Notes: a model not told the origin generated them from the sequence alone. 63,553 nucleotides of DNA, filler included, from Thelocarpon superellum (GCA_026025795.1; 2 parts of 2 records of this genome joined end to end with filler, not necessarily neighbours in it), one strand, 5' to 3'. Counted from the first letter of the whole stretch, positions 48,503 to 60,932 are shown. A program made the numbers and translations.

Positions 48503-51175
48503 ATGGCGTTGGCCATTGACCATTTCCAACGGCAATTCGCCTTCTTCGACCCCGACCACGGTGACTCCAAACGGCGCACCATGTGGGGCCATTTTCGACG
48601 CTTCAGCGCCCTGCTGGGCCGGCCCGAAGCCGCAGGGGCGCCGTCCGGGCCTGAGCAGGACATCAACAACAGCCGGCCCGAAGCGGAACGACGACCCTCC
48701 CGTCGTGCCATCCCGGGTCTGCCCCGACCGGCCACCTTTCGTCGCCAGCAGTCGGAACAACGCGAGCGACTGATGCCGCACCATGGCCAAGTCGCTGAGC
48801 GCCGGGCTGTGTCCGTGGACCGACGACGGAACCTCAGCCTGCGTCGCATCGTCTCCCCGTCGATCCGACAACGGCCGGCGCCATTGACGCCCGCGGCCGA
48901 CGTCCGCGAGGTCTCCAACGAACCTGCCACCGATGCCGCCGCGAAGGACACGACAACGACCGAGGTGGTGGAGGTGTCCGGGGAAGCTCCAGCAGACCCG
49001 GCCGACGATCCGCCTCCCTTTTCGCCCATAGACGCATACTCGGACGCGGGGCTGGTGTCGGAAGGGATCGACGAGAACGTGCTGAACGAGGAGCTGGAAC
49101 GACAGTGGATCCTCAATCTGAGCATGCTCTTCCGCGACCGTTCTGACCGCGAGAAGTTCTTTGTCACCTACGCCCAGACGCCAACTCAGTGGCGGCGGGT
49201 GACGGTCTCGTGCGACTATCGCGACGCGCCACCCGACTCGCTCGAGCAGGATCTCAAAGGCCTGCGCTATCAACGAGACAAGAACGCGCGCATCTACGAG
49301 TCGATACGCGACTCGCTCCCAGACATACAATTCTATCCTACCGTGACCAACCTCAAGCTGCAGACGACCGATGGCCGCCTTCACGTCCACGTGACGGAAG
49401 ACGTCAACGAGATCATCCCCTACCCTCCCGTGACGGCCATTGGCCATCTCAGCTGTCCCCGATACAAGGAGAGCGCATTGGAATTCGACGCTCACATGTC
49501 GGGATACGTGTATAAGGTGGTGGTCGGGGGCAAGGAGTTGGTGAAGAAGGAGATTCCGGGCCCGGACAGCGTGGATGAGTTTCTGTACGAGATCAACGCC
49601 CTGAACGCGCTTGATCAGGCGAAGAGCGTGATCTCGTTTGGGGGCGTGATTGTGGATGAGGAGGAGAAGTTTGTCAAGGGGCTGCTGATCAGCTTCGCCG
49701 AACAAGGTGCGTTGGTGGATCTACTCTACGATGAACAGGGTCACCTGCCGTGGTTGCGACGGGAACGCTGGGCGCACCAGATCGTCCAAGGCCTGTCGGA
49801 GATCCACGAGGCTGGTTTTGTCCAGGGAGATTTCACGCTGTCCAACATCGTGGTGGACGGGCACGACGACGCCAAGATCATCGACATCAACCGGCGCGGC
49901 TGTCCGATGGGATGGGAGCCGCCGGAGGTGACGGCGCTGATTGAGAGCAACCAGCGCATCTCCATGTACATTGGCGTCAAGTCGGATCTCTTTCAGCTAG
50001 GGATGGTGTTATGGGCGCTGGCCGAAGAGGAGGACGAACCGGAGCTGCAAGCGCGGCCGTTGACGCTCGATGGAGCGGCCGGCGAGGTCCCGCCCTACTA
50101 CCGCGACATCGTCCGGATCTGTCTCGGCGATCGTCCTCAGGGACGGCTGAACGCCAAGGCGCTGCTGGCCATGTTCCCCGAGATTGACGACGTCAAGTCT
50201 CGGCCGGTGGTGGAAGCGCGGGAACGAGGCTCGAGCCTGTCGGAGAAGCAGTATATCAATCCGTGCAACGCGGTGGAGCGTGAGGACCTCGACCGCTTTC
50301 GAAGCCTGCATCCGGAGTCACGGGAAGCTCGCGCCCGCGCTCCCGACGTGGGCGACGAAGCCATGGAAGCGACGTACTTGGACGCCGCTCAGTCTTCCGA
50401 CACGGGATATGGAAGCTCGGGGGCATACGTGATCTCACGCGGTCGAACGGGCGTTCATCGAGGCTCGATTGACAGCGTGCGGGGTTTGGAAAGCGCTCGA
50501 GCAGGTGACGGTGCTCCGGAGGTTGACAGTGCCCAAGAAGCTCTTGAGAGTCCCACGGAAGAGGACGGAGCACAGGTGATCTCGGTATCGCCCGAGGGAG
50601 GACGATGGGAGGAGGTGCAAGTCGAAGGACATCCATATCTGATTGCTCGACAATCCTACGACGATGAGCGGTTGGAAGAGATGGGAGAGGTGGGAGACAC
50701 GACGACACCGACGGTCAAGGGCCTAGTGAGCGTGGCCGACGAGAGTCGATCGGAGCCGGGCCAACCACTGAGTCCAATCAACGGAAACATCAGACGAGAG
50801 GTGATGAATGGAGGGGGAGGCGGAGGGGGAGGGGGAGGGGGAGGGGGAGGGGGAGAAGAGAAAACGGGATTTATCGACCAGACCATCAGAGACAGGGAAA
50901 AGGAGGGTGTCCACAGCGGTGGACCTTTACAAGGTGGAGTCTATCCGCGCGAGCCGACCTCGACCTCGACGATTGAGACGACGACAAAGGGGAGAGAGGA
51001 AGTGGAGGCAGAGAGGGAGAAGGATGTGGCACAAGCAGGAGATGGAAAGGATACGGCCACGGCCACGGCCACGGCCTTAGCCACAGCTACAGCTACGACT
51101 CCGACTACGACTACGGACGTGGACGTGGACATGGACGTGAAAGAAAACAGCGCGATAGCGGAGGGAAAGCAATGA
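48503..51175 (+). CDS. Atypical filamentous-fungal protein kinase-domain protein
   Basis: 890-aa ORF with kinase subdomains LVKKEI, DEFLYE, VQGDFTLSN, KIIDIN, GWEPPE, KSDLFQLG, followed by a low-complexity tail. Confidence 0.85.
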   Translation: MALAIDHFQRQFAFFDPDHGDSKRRTMWGHFRRFSALLGRPEAAGAPSGPEQDINNSRPEAERRPSRRAIPGLPRPATFRRQQSEQRERLMPHHGQVAERRAVSVDRRRNLSLRRIVSPSIRQRPAPLTPAADVREVSNEPATDAAAKDTTTTEVVEVSGEAPADPADDPPPFSPIDAYSDAGLVSEGIDENVLNEELERQWILNLSMLFRDRSDREKFFVTYAQTPTQWRRVTVSCDYRDAPPDSLEQDLKGLRYQRDKNARIYESIRDSLPDIQFYPTVTNLKLQTTDGRLHVHVTEDVNEIIPYPPVTAIGHLSCPRYKESALEFDAHMSGYVYKVVVGGKELVKKEIPGPDSVDEFLYEINALNALDQAKSVISFGGVIVDEEEKFVKGLLISFAEQGALVDLLYDEQGHLPWLRRERWAHQIVQGLSEIHEAGFVQGDFTLSNIVVDGHDDAKIIDINRRGCPMGWEPPEVTALIESNQRISMYIGVKSDLFQLGMVLWALAEEEDEPELQARPLTLDGAAGEVPPYYRDIVRICLGDRPQGRLNAKALLAMFPEIDDVKSRPVVEARERGSSLSEKQYINPCNAVEREDLDRFRSLHPESREARARAPDVGDEAMEATYLDAAQSSDTGYGSSGAYVISRGRTGVHRGSIDSVRGLESARAGDGAPEVDSAQEALESPTEEDGAQVISVSPEGGRWEEVQVEGHPYLIARQSYDDERLEEMGEVGDTTTPTVKGLVSVADESRSEPGQPLSPINGNIRREVMNGGGGGGGGGGGGGGGEEKTGFIDQTIRDREKEGVHSGGPLQGGVYPREPTSTSTIETTTKGREEVEAEREKDVAQAGDGKDTATATATALATATATTPTTTTDVDVDMDVKENSAIAEGKQ

Positions 51176-52731
51176 AATAGCAAGGGGAGAAAGAATTCGT
51201 CAAAGTGGTGAATGTTTGCTCTTTCTCCTCTCCTCTTTCCTCTAGTGCTGTGACTCTCGACCCTGGACTCCTCGTCTGCTATGATATGATATTCCACTTC
51301 CTTCAACTCACTTGACGGCTTGGATGATGCGACTGGCTGTGTATTGATCTCGGGGAAAGGAGGAAGGGAAGGGCAGCAAAAATGAAGATGGAAAAGGCGT
51401 AGGAGGTGGATGGATGGATGGATGGTGAATGACGAAATGATGACTTCTCTTTCTCTCCTCTCTAACATACTCTCGTGTCCTGCTCTGTTCATCTTGTCTT
51501 TCTGGAGCTGGCTTGTCTCTTCGTGCTTGATTGGCAGCGTGCGAAGTGATGTTGTTGAGCTTGCTTACTTGCTTACTTGCTTGCTTTCTTGCTGTATATA
51601 CCACCTGATTCACCTACTTTATTCTCTCCCCCCCTCCCTCCAACCCCTCTCTCGCCCTCGTTGGGGGAGTCAATGCTCGGCTATCACTGATCATCAATGG
51701 ATTTATATTTCCACGTGCCCGAAGGTCGGATGTGGGGCTACACGTAGCACATCGGTCAGCGCGACTAGCATAACGGTGTGATCAGCCAACTCACTCTTGG
51801 CTAGTTCAAGGATGTGCACAACTATGGATCTAGTAGTGTGTGCTTGTCGTCCCGTAACGCCTGCGATGGATGGACAGTCCAGGTCAGGCCGGGGCCGACG
51901 GACATCAACAACGCCAGGGCAGCCCCTCACCACGTGACACCGCCTTGCCCAACCAGGGCCGCGCAGGGTCCACATGGGCGTTCACCGAGCCGGATATCAT
52001 CTCCCCATCCCTCTTCCACGTCACCGACCAGCCATCTAATTCCTTCACGAAACAAAGTAACATACAATCTCTCAGAGTCGAGGCCGTTGCTGAATCCCTA
52101 CATCACCATGCCCGACGAAGACAGTCAAGACTACAAAGCATAGGACGAGCTTCCTCAGCGTACGTCCCGTCGTGGGCCGCATCGTGAACCACTCGAGATC
52201 ATTCACGAGATGTCTTCGCTTTTGGTACGCTTTCCTTGACTCCTGAGAAGATGGCCATGGCTGTACCGACTCTAGTCAACCACAGAACATTAGTCTTTCT
52301 CGTTCGCACCTGGCATGTTGCACATCGTTGATGGAGAATGGAGTGAATCCTGAAGCTTTAGCGGTAGGTAAATGAAACCTCAACGGAGAGCGCTCTGGCG
52401 CTGACGCTTGACCGGCGTGTGTGGAATGTAATCAAGACTTTGAGGGCTCAAAATCCAGAGAAAGAGACAGGCTCGAAGGCTGACGCGTAAGATGGTTGCA
52501 GGGCTTGGAGGACACTGTAAGGCGTAGGGTGTGGCGGGAACCCAGCTGGCGGTCACCTAGAACCCCTGGTGTTGTCGCACCGGCTTGCGGGCCGGAGTCA
52601 TGTGGCCCCTGGGTGCTCGCCATAGGGGTGTTCCTGACACTGACATGCGCTGTTGAGTGATTACTACAATATACATCAAAGGCAATCGTAGAGATGATGG
52701 TACAAGGAGCTAACTGTGACCGAGGACCAGA

Positions 52732-54500
52732 TCATGAATGCCCCTCCCTTTCATTACCTCCTTCTCTCCCTCCCTCTTTCTCCCCCCCTCTCTCTTGTTC
52801 CACCTCCTTCTGATCCACATCCACGTCCACTTGTTTCACCTGTTCCTTGCCCCCCTCAACATGTTGCGTGTGTGCTGCCTCCGCTGCCTCCTCTTCCTCC
52901 TCCTCGTCTCCATCGCTCTCGCTCGATAGAGGTCTGACTGCCTCCACGATCCCAGGTGCCAATGTCGTCACGGCAGATTTGACCTCGTGCGCCTCTTCTT
53001 CTTCTTCTTTTCCCCCCGAGCCCTTTGCTTTTGTTTCCTCATCCTCTCCTCCTTTCGTCTCGTCTGCTTTTTTCTTTCCTTTTTCTTTTTCCTTTTCTGC
53101 TCCTGTTCCCGTTCCTTCCTCTTTCTCTTTCTCCGTTTCCTTCTCCATTGTTGAAGATGCAGAGGTCGACGTCTCAAGCAATGTGTCCTCTGTTCCTCTG
53201 CTGGATGGCTTCGTCGAGGAGTCGTCAGATGGTCCCTGGTGTGCGGAAGGTTCCTCCTCGTCGTTTCCTCCGGCTTCATTCGCGTCCCCCATCTCTTCCT
53301 CAATCTTCTCCTTGATCTCCTTCCCCTCGAAACCACTCTCTCCTTCCTCTCCCTCCTCTTCTTCCTTGACGGGGGTAAAGTTCGATCCGGTCGATAGCGT
53401 TGACTTATGCCGTCGCGTCTTGGTGGATGCGTCGTCGCTCGTTGCTCCCGCCGTCGAAGACATAAACACAGAGTCCTTGAAGATCGTCTTCTGCTCCACT
53501 TGCTGCCCCACCTGCCCCAGCTGACCGTCTTCCCCCTCCTCTCCTTCGACTCCCTCTGCTTCCGGTGGAACCGTGTAATTCCCGTCTTCAATCAACTGAT
53601 ACGTGTCGCAGATGGTCTTAAAGAAGGTGTATAGTCCCGTGCGAGACTCCACCTGCCAGTACATGCTGCGATGTTGATACCAGGCGTGGGCAAAGATACG
53701 GTACAGTCGGCGAGACACGCTCTGCAGATTCCGTAATCCCGTCGCGTTCCCGCCTCCCACGTCGCCTCCCAGCGTCAAGCGGCTCGGAAAGGTCTTGGTG
53801 CTCGTGAGGATGTTCGCTGCCCAGTCTAGCGTGTGGCAGCAGTAGTCGATGGCGCAGCATGGTTTTGGCGGATCGTGCACCGCGCAGAGGTACTGCCATT
53901 CGCTGGCTCGCATCTCGGGACATGTCGCCGCCGAGCAGGGTGGATCGTCAGTGAAGAAGGCTAGGATCAACGTGTTGAGCTCCTTGGTCGCCAAGCGGCA
54001 GAGCTCATACAGCCACAACGACCGATCCACGCCCTCGGGCGGCGTGGCGATGATGGTGGCCGTCTCTTTGGTGATGGCGATGGAATGGTCTAGGTGATCT
54101 GGCTCCGTGTACGCGTGATACATGGCTTTGAGGTGCTCTTGCAGCTGAAAGGCCGAGTCCAGCTGTATCCGTCAGCCGGTCATCCATCATGCGTTCTCCG
54201 CCATCCGCCATCCGCCATCCGCCATCACGTCCGACGTACATCACCAAGAGGGACAAGAGGAGGTCCAGAAGCCATATCGACGCTTCGACTTCCCGGTCGC
54301 ACTCTCCTCGTGGCCCCGGCATTGTTGGTGTCGGGCGTGTCTTCGCTCCCGAACTTGGACCCTCCACTGCCTCCGATGCTCGGCGAGCTTGGACCGAATT
54401 GGACCTCGGTGAAGGGAGGTGGACTTGGGAGCCGAGGAGATCGTTTCGGGGACATTGGACCCATGGCGGGCGATCGTCCTGATGGAGAGGGGGATGGCAT
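52732..54500 (-). CDS. MOB3: Mob3/phocein (MOB4 family), STRIPAK subunit
   Basis: RRVRPGS...GPPLVPLGD, intron 54163-54239, then LDSAFQLQEHL...LWLYELCR...CPEMRASEWQYLCAVH..CCAIDYCCHTLDWA...RRLYRIFAHAW. Acidic tail. Confidence 0.9.
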
Positions 54501-54735
54501 GATTGCGGGGATGTTCGGGTGACGGCCTTGGGTCGTAAGGCGCGTGCTATTCTCTAGAGGCCGCTCCGGCGCTACGGAGAGCGGACCCCCTAACATACGT
54601 CGTACTCGCACGGCACTCGTCCTCTAAGGATGCAAGCTTCCCGGATGCATTCCCTTACCGTTGAAGCTTCGTTTACTCGCTGTTTGTCAACGCCACCCGA
54701 CTACCTCAAGTCAACGCCATTCTTGATCGCCCGAC

Positions 54736-56270
54736 ATGGACGTGGATGATCAAGACCCTCCTCCAGCATTAGTCGTCTCAGATGATGGCACATATCGACC
54801 AGATGCCATCACCGCACGCCTCGATGATATGAACCTGGTCAAGGTACCCATTACGATCGTCACTGGTACTAACTACCCCCATCCTCTGTACCACGTCTAA
54901 TGGTGGAAGGGTACCTTGGGTCTGGAAAAACGACATTGTTGAACTACATCCTGGGCGAAGAACATGGCAAGAAGGTCGCTGTTATTCTGAATGGCTTGTA
55001 TACACTGGTGCAGGGATCTCTGTGAATGTACCTAACGATCTATAGAGTTTGGCGATTGTATGTCCTGCTCCTCACAGCTACGCCTGGTATCCTAACTCTT
55101 CAGCTGCCGACATCGAAAAGACTTTGACCGTTAGTAAAGATGGACAACAGGTGGAAGAATGGCTGGAGCTGGCCAACGGGTGTATCTGTTGTTCCGTCAA
55201 GTTCGTCTCTGCCGCCTTGCATCAACTTGGCTCACACGTCACAGAGACTCCGGCGTTAATGCTATCGAATCATTGATGGAACGGCGGGGAGCCTTCGATT
55301 ACATCCTGCTCGAAACGACGGGTCTGGCAGACCCAGGCAACATCGCCCCATTATTCTGGGTGGACGAGGGACTAGGCAGTACCATCTACCTCGATGGAAT
55401 CATCACGCTGGTCGACGCCGCGAACATCCTTCGAAGTTTGGACGAGAAGCCGGTCGTGGAAGAGACTGCGGATGGCGATGCTCATCGAGGACCACATCTG
55501 ACCACGGCGCATCTCCAAGTCTCGCACGCCGATGTCCTGGTCATCAACAAGGCCGACCTCGTGCCGCCGCCTCAACTACAGATGGTCAGGGAACGAATCC
55601 AGGCCATCAATAGCCTAGCAAAGATCCATATCACGCAGCACGGACGAACCCCGAGGCTGGACGGCGTCCTCTTGGATCTGCATGCCTATGATGACGTGGG
55701 ATCCTTGGATATCGCCGGCAAAGGACATAGTCACCTGGATCCGGTAGGTCCACCCGCCCTGAGAACTTCTCCGCGTCCATCTGCTTATGCGGAAGGGAGA
55801 CCATCTCTACGACCTCCCTCACTATTCCACCACTCGCGCCCTCGCAGGTGCCTCGACTCGACGCATGGCTTAGATCGATCCTATGGGAGTCAGCATTGCC
55901 TCCTCCCGCTCATCCTCATTCTCATCTTACTCCTACTACCACCGCCACCGCCACCGCCACCACCACGATGCACCTCTGGGACGAACCGTCCGCAACCCCG
56001 TTCGACATCCACAGACTCAAAGGCCGATTCCACGTCCTCGACGGCTCGTCAGACCCCTCGTCGCACACGATCAAGATGATCCAAGGTGTGCGTGAAGTTT
56101 TTGAAATCGTGGACCTACCGGCTCGTAGCGACGTGGATGAGCAAGACATGGTCGGCGACGGTGCCGCGCGGATTGAGAGCGCCAGTGGCAAAATGGTCCT
56201 GATCGGTCGTGGTATCGTCGATGCTTCGCAATGGCAGCGCAGTTTGGATGCTGCAGTGTGGATGCCTTGA
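54736..56270 (+). CDS. CobW/COG0523 (ZNG1-like) zinc-chaperone GTPase
   Basis: [55 protein letters not shown]. Five introns: 54866-54909, 54994-55045, 55058-55103, 55201-55244, 55744-55799. Confidence 0.9.
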
Positions 56271-56724
56271 CGCATAGGTCGTCATGCGTACGATGACGTC
56301 TACCCACACGATACATACGTTCTTCCTTTTTTCGAGAATAGAGGATTTGCCTCAGTGGACTGATCTCACTCATCTATCTACCTGTCATGTGTGTCGTGTC
56401 TCAATCTATTCACCTCACATGTCCTCCCATCCCTTCCCAACCTGTATTGATCCCTCCAATCACGCCTGAGAAAGAAGAGTACTTGTGCATGGTGCCGGTG
56501 GAGTGAGTGACTGAGTCACTGAGTGAGTGAACGAAAGGACTTCCGTCGAGAACATTCCATGGGCCTGGGGCAGATTCGCAGGAAAGGGGGAACCGATGTC
56601 GATCAATGCAATCTCGGAGATTTCGCTGAATCGCGACCGTGGCGTCATTCGGCTGGTACCAGCGGAGGGGTTGCGACGGTGCCCATGGTCATGAGTGTCA
56701 TGGTCGACCGAAACATCCTTTGCT

Positions 56725-58195
56725 TCATGCAGCTCCAGCGGTGGCGACCGGTTCGGCGATCCGCGTGACTTGGCTGCCTGCGCGGATAATCTTCTCGCCC
56801 GAGGTGTCCTTGACGAATTGAATGTCTTTGTTCTCGCGCTGGGCACGCTTCCAGATCTCAACCTCACACCCGCCGCGGATGACGCCGACACGCATCGTGG
56901 AGAGTAGGTTGTGCGCCGCGTTGGAGTGGTTGTAGACGCCACCGTTGAACATGGCCGTTGCATCCTTGCCGATGCCCGAGGTGATCATGGCCTTGCCGCC
57001 AGGATGGTCCTTGATGAAATCCGTCACGTCGTGCACCACCCCTGCCACGGCGACGTAGGCTCGGCCGTTCTTGCTCTGCTCCTGGTAGTCGTCCCATTCC
57101 ATGACCGGAAGTTGGTCCAGTGGCACCCCCCAGTCAAGGCGAGAACGCTTTTGGTCAAGCTTCTTCTGCTGTTGCTGCACCCGGCCCTTTTCAATCTCAT
57201 TCGTCTTGAATGTTTTGAGATCCGAGGCAAGACCGACTTGCTTCCACAACCAGATGGACCACTTGGTTGGATCGTACTGGTGCCACTCGATGGCGTTGCG
57301 GTAGTCCGAGGGGAACTCGTGGTGGAAGTTGTGGTAGCCCTCGCCCAGCGTCACAAGCGCCGTGATGACGTGGTCGCGCGGAGAGTTGCGGTCGTCAAAC
57401 GGCTGCTCACCAAGCCAGTGGGCCAAGGAGTTGACGCAAAAGGTGGCCTGCTGGACGAAGAAGATGCGCAGGATGCCGCCGTAGATGTATCCTCCCCACC
57501 AATCGCCCCACAGAAGACCACAAAAGAGAGTGGGAAAACCCAGGGCCATGAAGAGCACCGTGGAGATATAGTTCTTATGTTGCCACACCACCACCGGGTC
57601 CTGGTTCAGGTCGGAAATGTCGGTGCGTCCAATCCGTTTCGGGTTTTGCTTCATGACCATCCAGCCAAAGTGCGAGTAGAGGAGACCTTTTCGGACCGAG
57701 TACGGGTCCTTGTCTGTGTCGGTGTACCGGTGGTGAGCTCGGTGGTCACGCGCCCACCAACGCACAGAGCCCTCTACAGCGGCCGCGCCCACGGCCGCGA
57801 GGAAGATGCGGAGGGGAAGAGTGGCCGAGTACGAAGTATGGGCCCACAGTCGATGGTAGCCTGGCATCGGTTAGTACCAACACTTCCCACTCATGCTGAA
57901 AGGACGGGTCCCCACCGGCAGTGATGCCCAGGCCACTCATGAAGTAGTAGATCACGGCAAAGACGGCCGTCTTCCACTTGAGCGGAGTCCAGAAGGCACA
58001 AATGCAGCCCATCAAGGGAATGCCGATGATGAAGAAGACATTGAGCCAGTTGACATGTTGATACCAGTTGGAGGAGGTGATGGGCGTCTCGGTGATGTGA
58101 GGCTTGGAAGGATCATACCGACTCTTGCGGGTGGGCTCGCTCGCCTTGGCCATGGTGGACGGAGCCTGCGAGGCAAAGGATGGCGGCGTCGCCAT
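56725..58195 (-). CDS. OLE1: Delta-9 acyl-CoA desaturase with fused cytochrome b5
   Basis: His boxes HRLWAH, HRAHH and HNFHH; cytochrome b5 HPGG. Intron 57861-57915. Confidence 0.96.
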
Positions 58196-58327
58196 GGTTG
58201 AAGTGGAAGTAAGAGATGATCTGCTGGTCGAGAAACGCGCTCCAGGAGAATGAGTGGGAACGAACAGAGAGGAGACAGAGGGAGAAATGGAAGTAGGGCC
58301 TTAAGCAGCTCGAGGGGGCGATAAAGG

Positions 58328-58337
58328 GTGGCGTGAT
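58328..58337 (-). promoter_or_regulatory. Candidate sterol regulatory element (SREBP site) upstream of OLE1
   Basis: ATCACGCCAC on the OLE1 strand, ~133 nt before the ATG; matches the ATCACNCCAC consensus. Confidence 0.4.
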
Positions 58338-59287
58338 TCAACGGATTGGGGAATGCCCAAAATGCAATCTGGAGTACGAGCGACCTATCCGTTATTCACG
58401 GTCGACCAAGCCGCTCCACTGAGAAGATGGCGGCTCTGCAGCACAGCTCCAGGTGACCGGAGAGCAGCAGTAGCAGCCTCGGCTGGCCAGCGCGCCGTGC
58501 GCCTGCTCCAGGCATTCTGATACTTGCTTTCGTCGTCGAGGTGGCCCAACGAAACCCCCAACACTTTTTCTCGGTTACCATGCCATTCGTCGACGGCGCG
58601 CGGAGGATGGTGGCGTCACGCGTTCCGATTGGCCAAAGCTATGCCAGGCACGCCTGTCAGCACCCCTCCATCACGCCCCACTATGACGTCCTCGAGCTCT
58701 CCGTACACCATCGCGATCTGCCCATCCGCCGAGGAGATGTCCAGATACAGGGCCCCTATTCAGAACTGTCCTCATCACCACTCTCTCTATCATTCCCGTC
58801 GAAGGCAATGGCACTTTAGCTCCGTCCTGCGACGAGGGAGCATGGTCTTCGTCGGCAGTCTCCGGGCGCTAGGTGGCGCAAGGTCCCAACGAGACACGCT
58901 GCAGGCTTCGTATGGTGCGGTGCGCCAAGCGAGTCCACCGTTTTCAGGGTCTCTGCTTAGGGCTGACTTTGTTATCGATCCCGCCGTCGTTTACCTAACC
59001 ACCAGTAAAGGATGTGGGACCCATACACGTGACCTTTGATTCGATCCTGCCCATCCTACTGCGATCCGCGTCACAACCTCACTCGAGTTCGGAGTCCTTG
59101 GCCCAGCCGAGGAAGTTTTGACAGTTTCCGGCCATTTCTCGCCCAGTCAGCCGGCGGATAGAGGGCGCAGCTGATGACGGATACAATCGAATACCCCACT
59201 ATGTGGATCGTTACGCTGTGGACCTGCGGGTTTAGCAGATGTGACATCCTGAACCGGACGGCAACGCTCCTTTCCGCTAACACTAGT

Positions 59288-59340
59288 CCACCACCGCTGG
59301 ACCCACCACCGCTGAACCCACCACCGCTGAACCCACCACC
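59288..59340. repeat. 15-bp tandem repeat, ~3.5 copies
   Basis: Unit CCACCACCGCTGRAC, downstream of the MOSC gene. Confidence 0.85.
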
Positions 59341-59463
59341 TCTGGGCCATTGATCACAGATCATTCTCTTCGTCCTTGGATTTTTCGAGCATAGTTATCA
59401 CCAGCGCGTTATGAGGATACCATCTTCGTACGCCAAATTGTCTACCGCTGCTCGCATCCCCCG

Positions 59464-60932
59464 CTATTCCAGATAAAAATGGTCGCCTGTTTCGAGTACA
59501 TCAATCGCATCGCCGACCTGGATGACTTGTTCACCTATCAAATGATTAGACGATGGTTTAAGAGGCTGGAAGAGCATGAGATCGAGCGTACTGTCAATAG
59601 CAGGCACCATCTGCATGCCCAGACAGGCGTATCCCTTGGCTCCTTGGTCAATGCGTCGAAATTCTTTCAGTGTTCTGTCAGGTTCTACGGCATGTCGATT
59701 CCCCGTCTCCGGGTCAATATTCGGAAGCCTGCATCTCGCTGTACGGCATACGACGAAGAAAACGCCAGCACCGATTTGAATCTTTTTCCACGCATCCTCC
59801 GTATATGGCGGGGGTCCATCGACTGAGAATCTCAGGCTCCCTTCAGTATGGGGGGATGAAGACGAGCCACTCACCGATGATGTTAGGACGGAATCTCCGG
59901 GCGCTCAGACTTGGCGAGCCTTTGGGTTGTTTGTTGGAGACGTCCCGAACACTTGCCAGGTTCTGCATGTGTAGCGGATACTGATCTCCGTCAATTGTGG
60001 GGGCCACCGGCCTGGCTGCTGGCACGTACTGCGTCACTGAAGCCTGTCACGGGTTGCCATCCAATCTCTTCCTTCTTCGGTGCACAACGAAAGACCTCTC
60101 TCTCTTTCCCCGGGACGATACGGAAAAGACCCAGCTCTTTCTTCACTCTCAAGAATTCTCCGAGCTGAGGAGGGACGTGCATGGACATGTTCAGAGCCTT
60201 AGGAGAGTCATCCCAGATTGTCATCCGTTCTGTCGTGTATCCGTTGGCTTGGATCTGCAAGGCGGACGGCATAAAAGGGACCCGGAAGGATTGCGTCGGC
60301 GAAGCGTACGTAAGCCAACGGCACGCTTTCGTCATCCAGCCGCTCGTCGAGCGTGCGGGAAGCGGAAACGTGATGACGATGACGCCCCCGCTTTGTACGT
60401 CGGCTGCTTTGGATGAGTATGTTGGCGATGAGGGGTCCGGCACCCAGATCTCCGTCTTGATTTGAGACATAAGCGGGTACTGCCGCTGTGTGAGAAATCC
60501 CCATTGCGGCGGCGACTCAGAGTTGCCCGTGTCGGTCTCGCGAGCGGTGGGACTCTTCCGATAAGCAAAGGAGAACTGTCGGTCGTATTGCATCCCAGTG
60601 CCCACTACCATTCCACGTTGTAATTCTACCCCCGTACAGCTTTTGACAGGGTAGATCCACAAGCTCTTCACCCTCCATCTTCCGGAGCCATCCGCACGTT
60701 TGCCGTACGGGCTCCCTCGTTCGTACTGCGTGTGATATTCGTCCGCCAGATGGCTGCGGATCCCTAGTCCCAGCTTCCGACACCCGCGAGGATGTGCTTC
60801 CCGAGTCCGTGCGAGGAAGCCGTCAATGGAGAGAATGGCAACTATCGGGCAGACACAGATGAGGAAAACGATCAGGGCGTATAGTGGGAGTGGGACCTCT
60901 GTTTTGGGGAGGATATCGAACTTGGTAGACAT
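59464..60932 (-). CDS. MOSC-domain protein (mARC-like) with N-terminal TM anchor
   Basis: Motifs LWIYPVKSC, YDRQF, FSDAYPLH, RRFRPNII, EDAW, CRTARCRLPNIDPETG. Three introns. Confidence 0.88.

Noticed and set aside
51814..52650. Possible decayed gene or ncRNA between the kinase and MOB3
   Set aside because: Short interrupted ORFs only; no snRNA, SRP, RNase P/MRP or telomerase-template signature recognised.
18609..58195. Lipid cluster of ERG24 and OLE1, or DNA-repair cluster of photolyase and RAD55-like
   Set aside because: The genes are far apart and on opposite sides of the artificial join.
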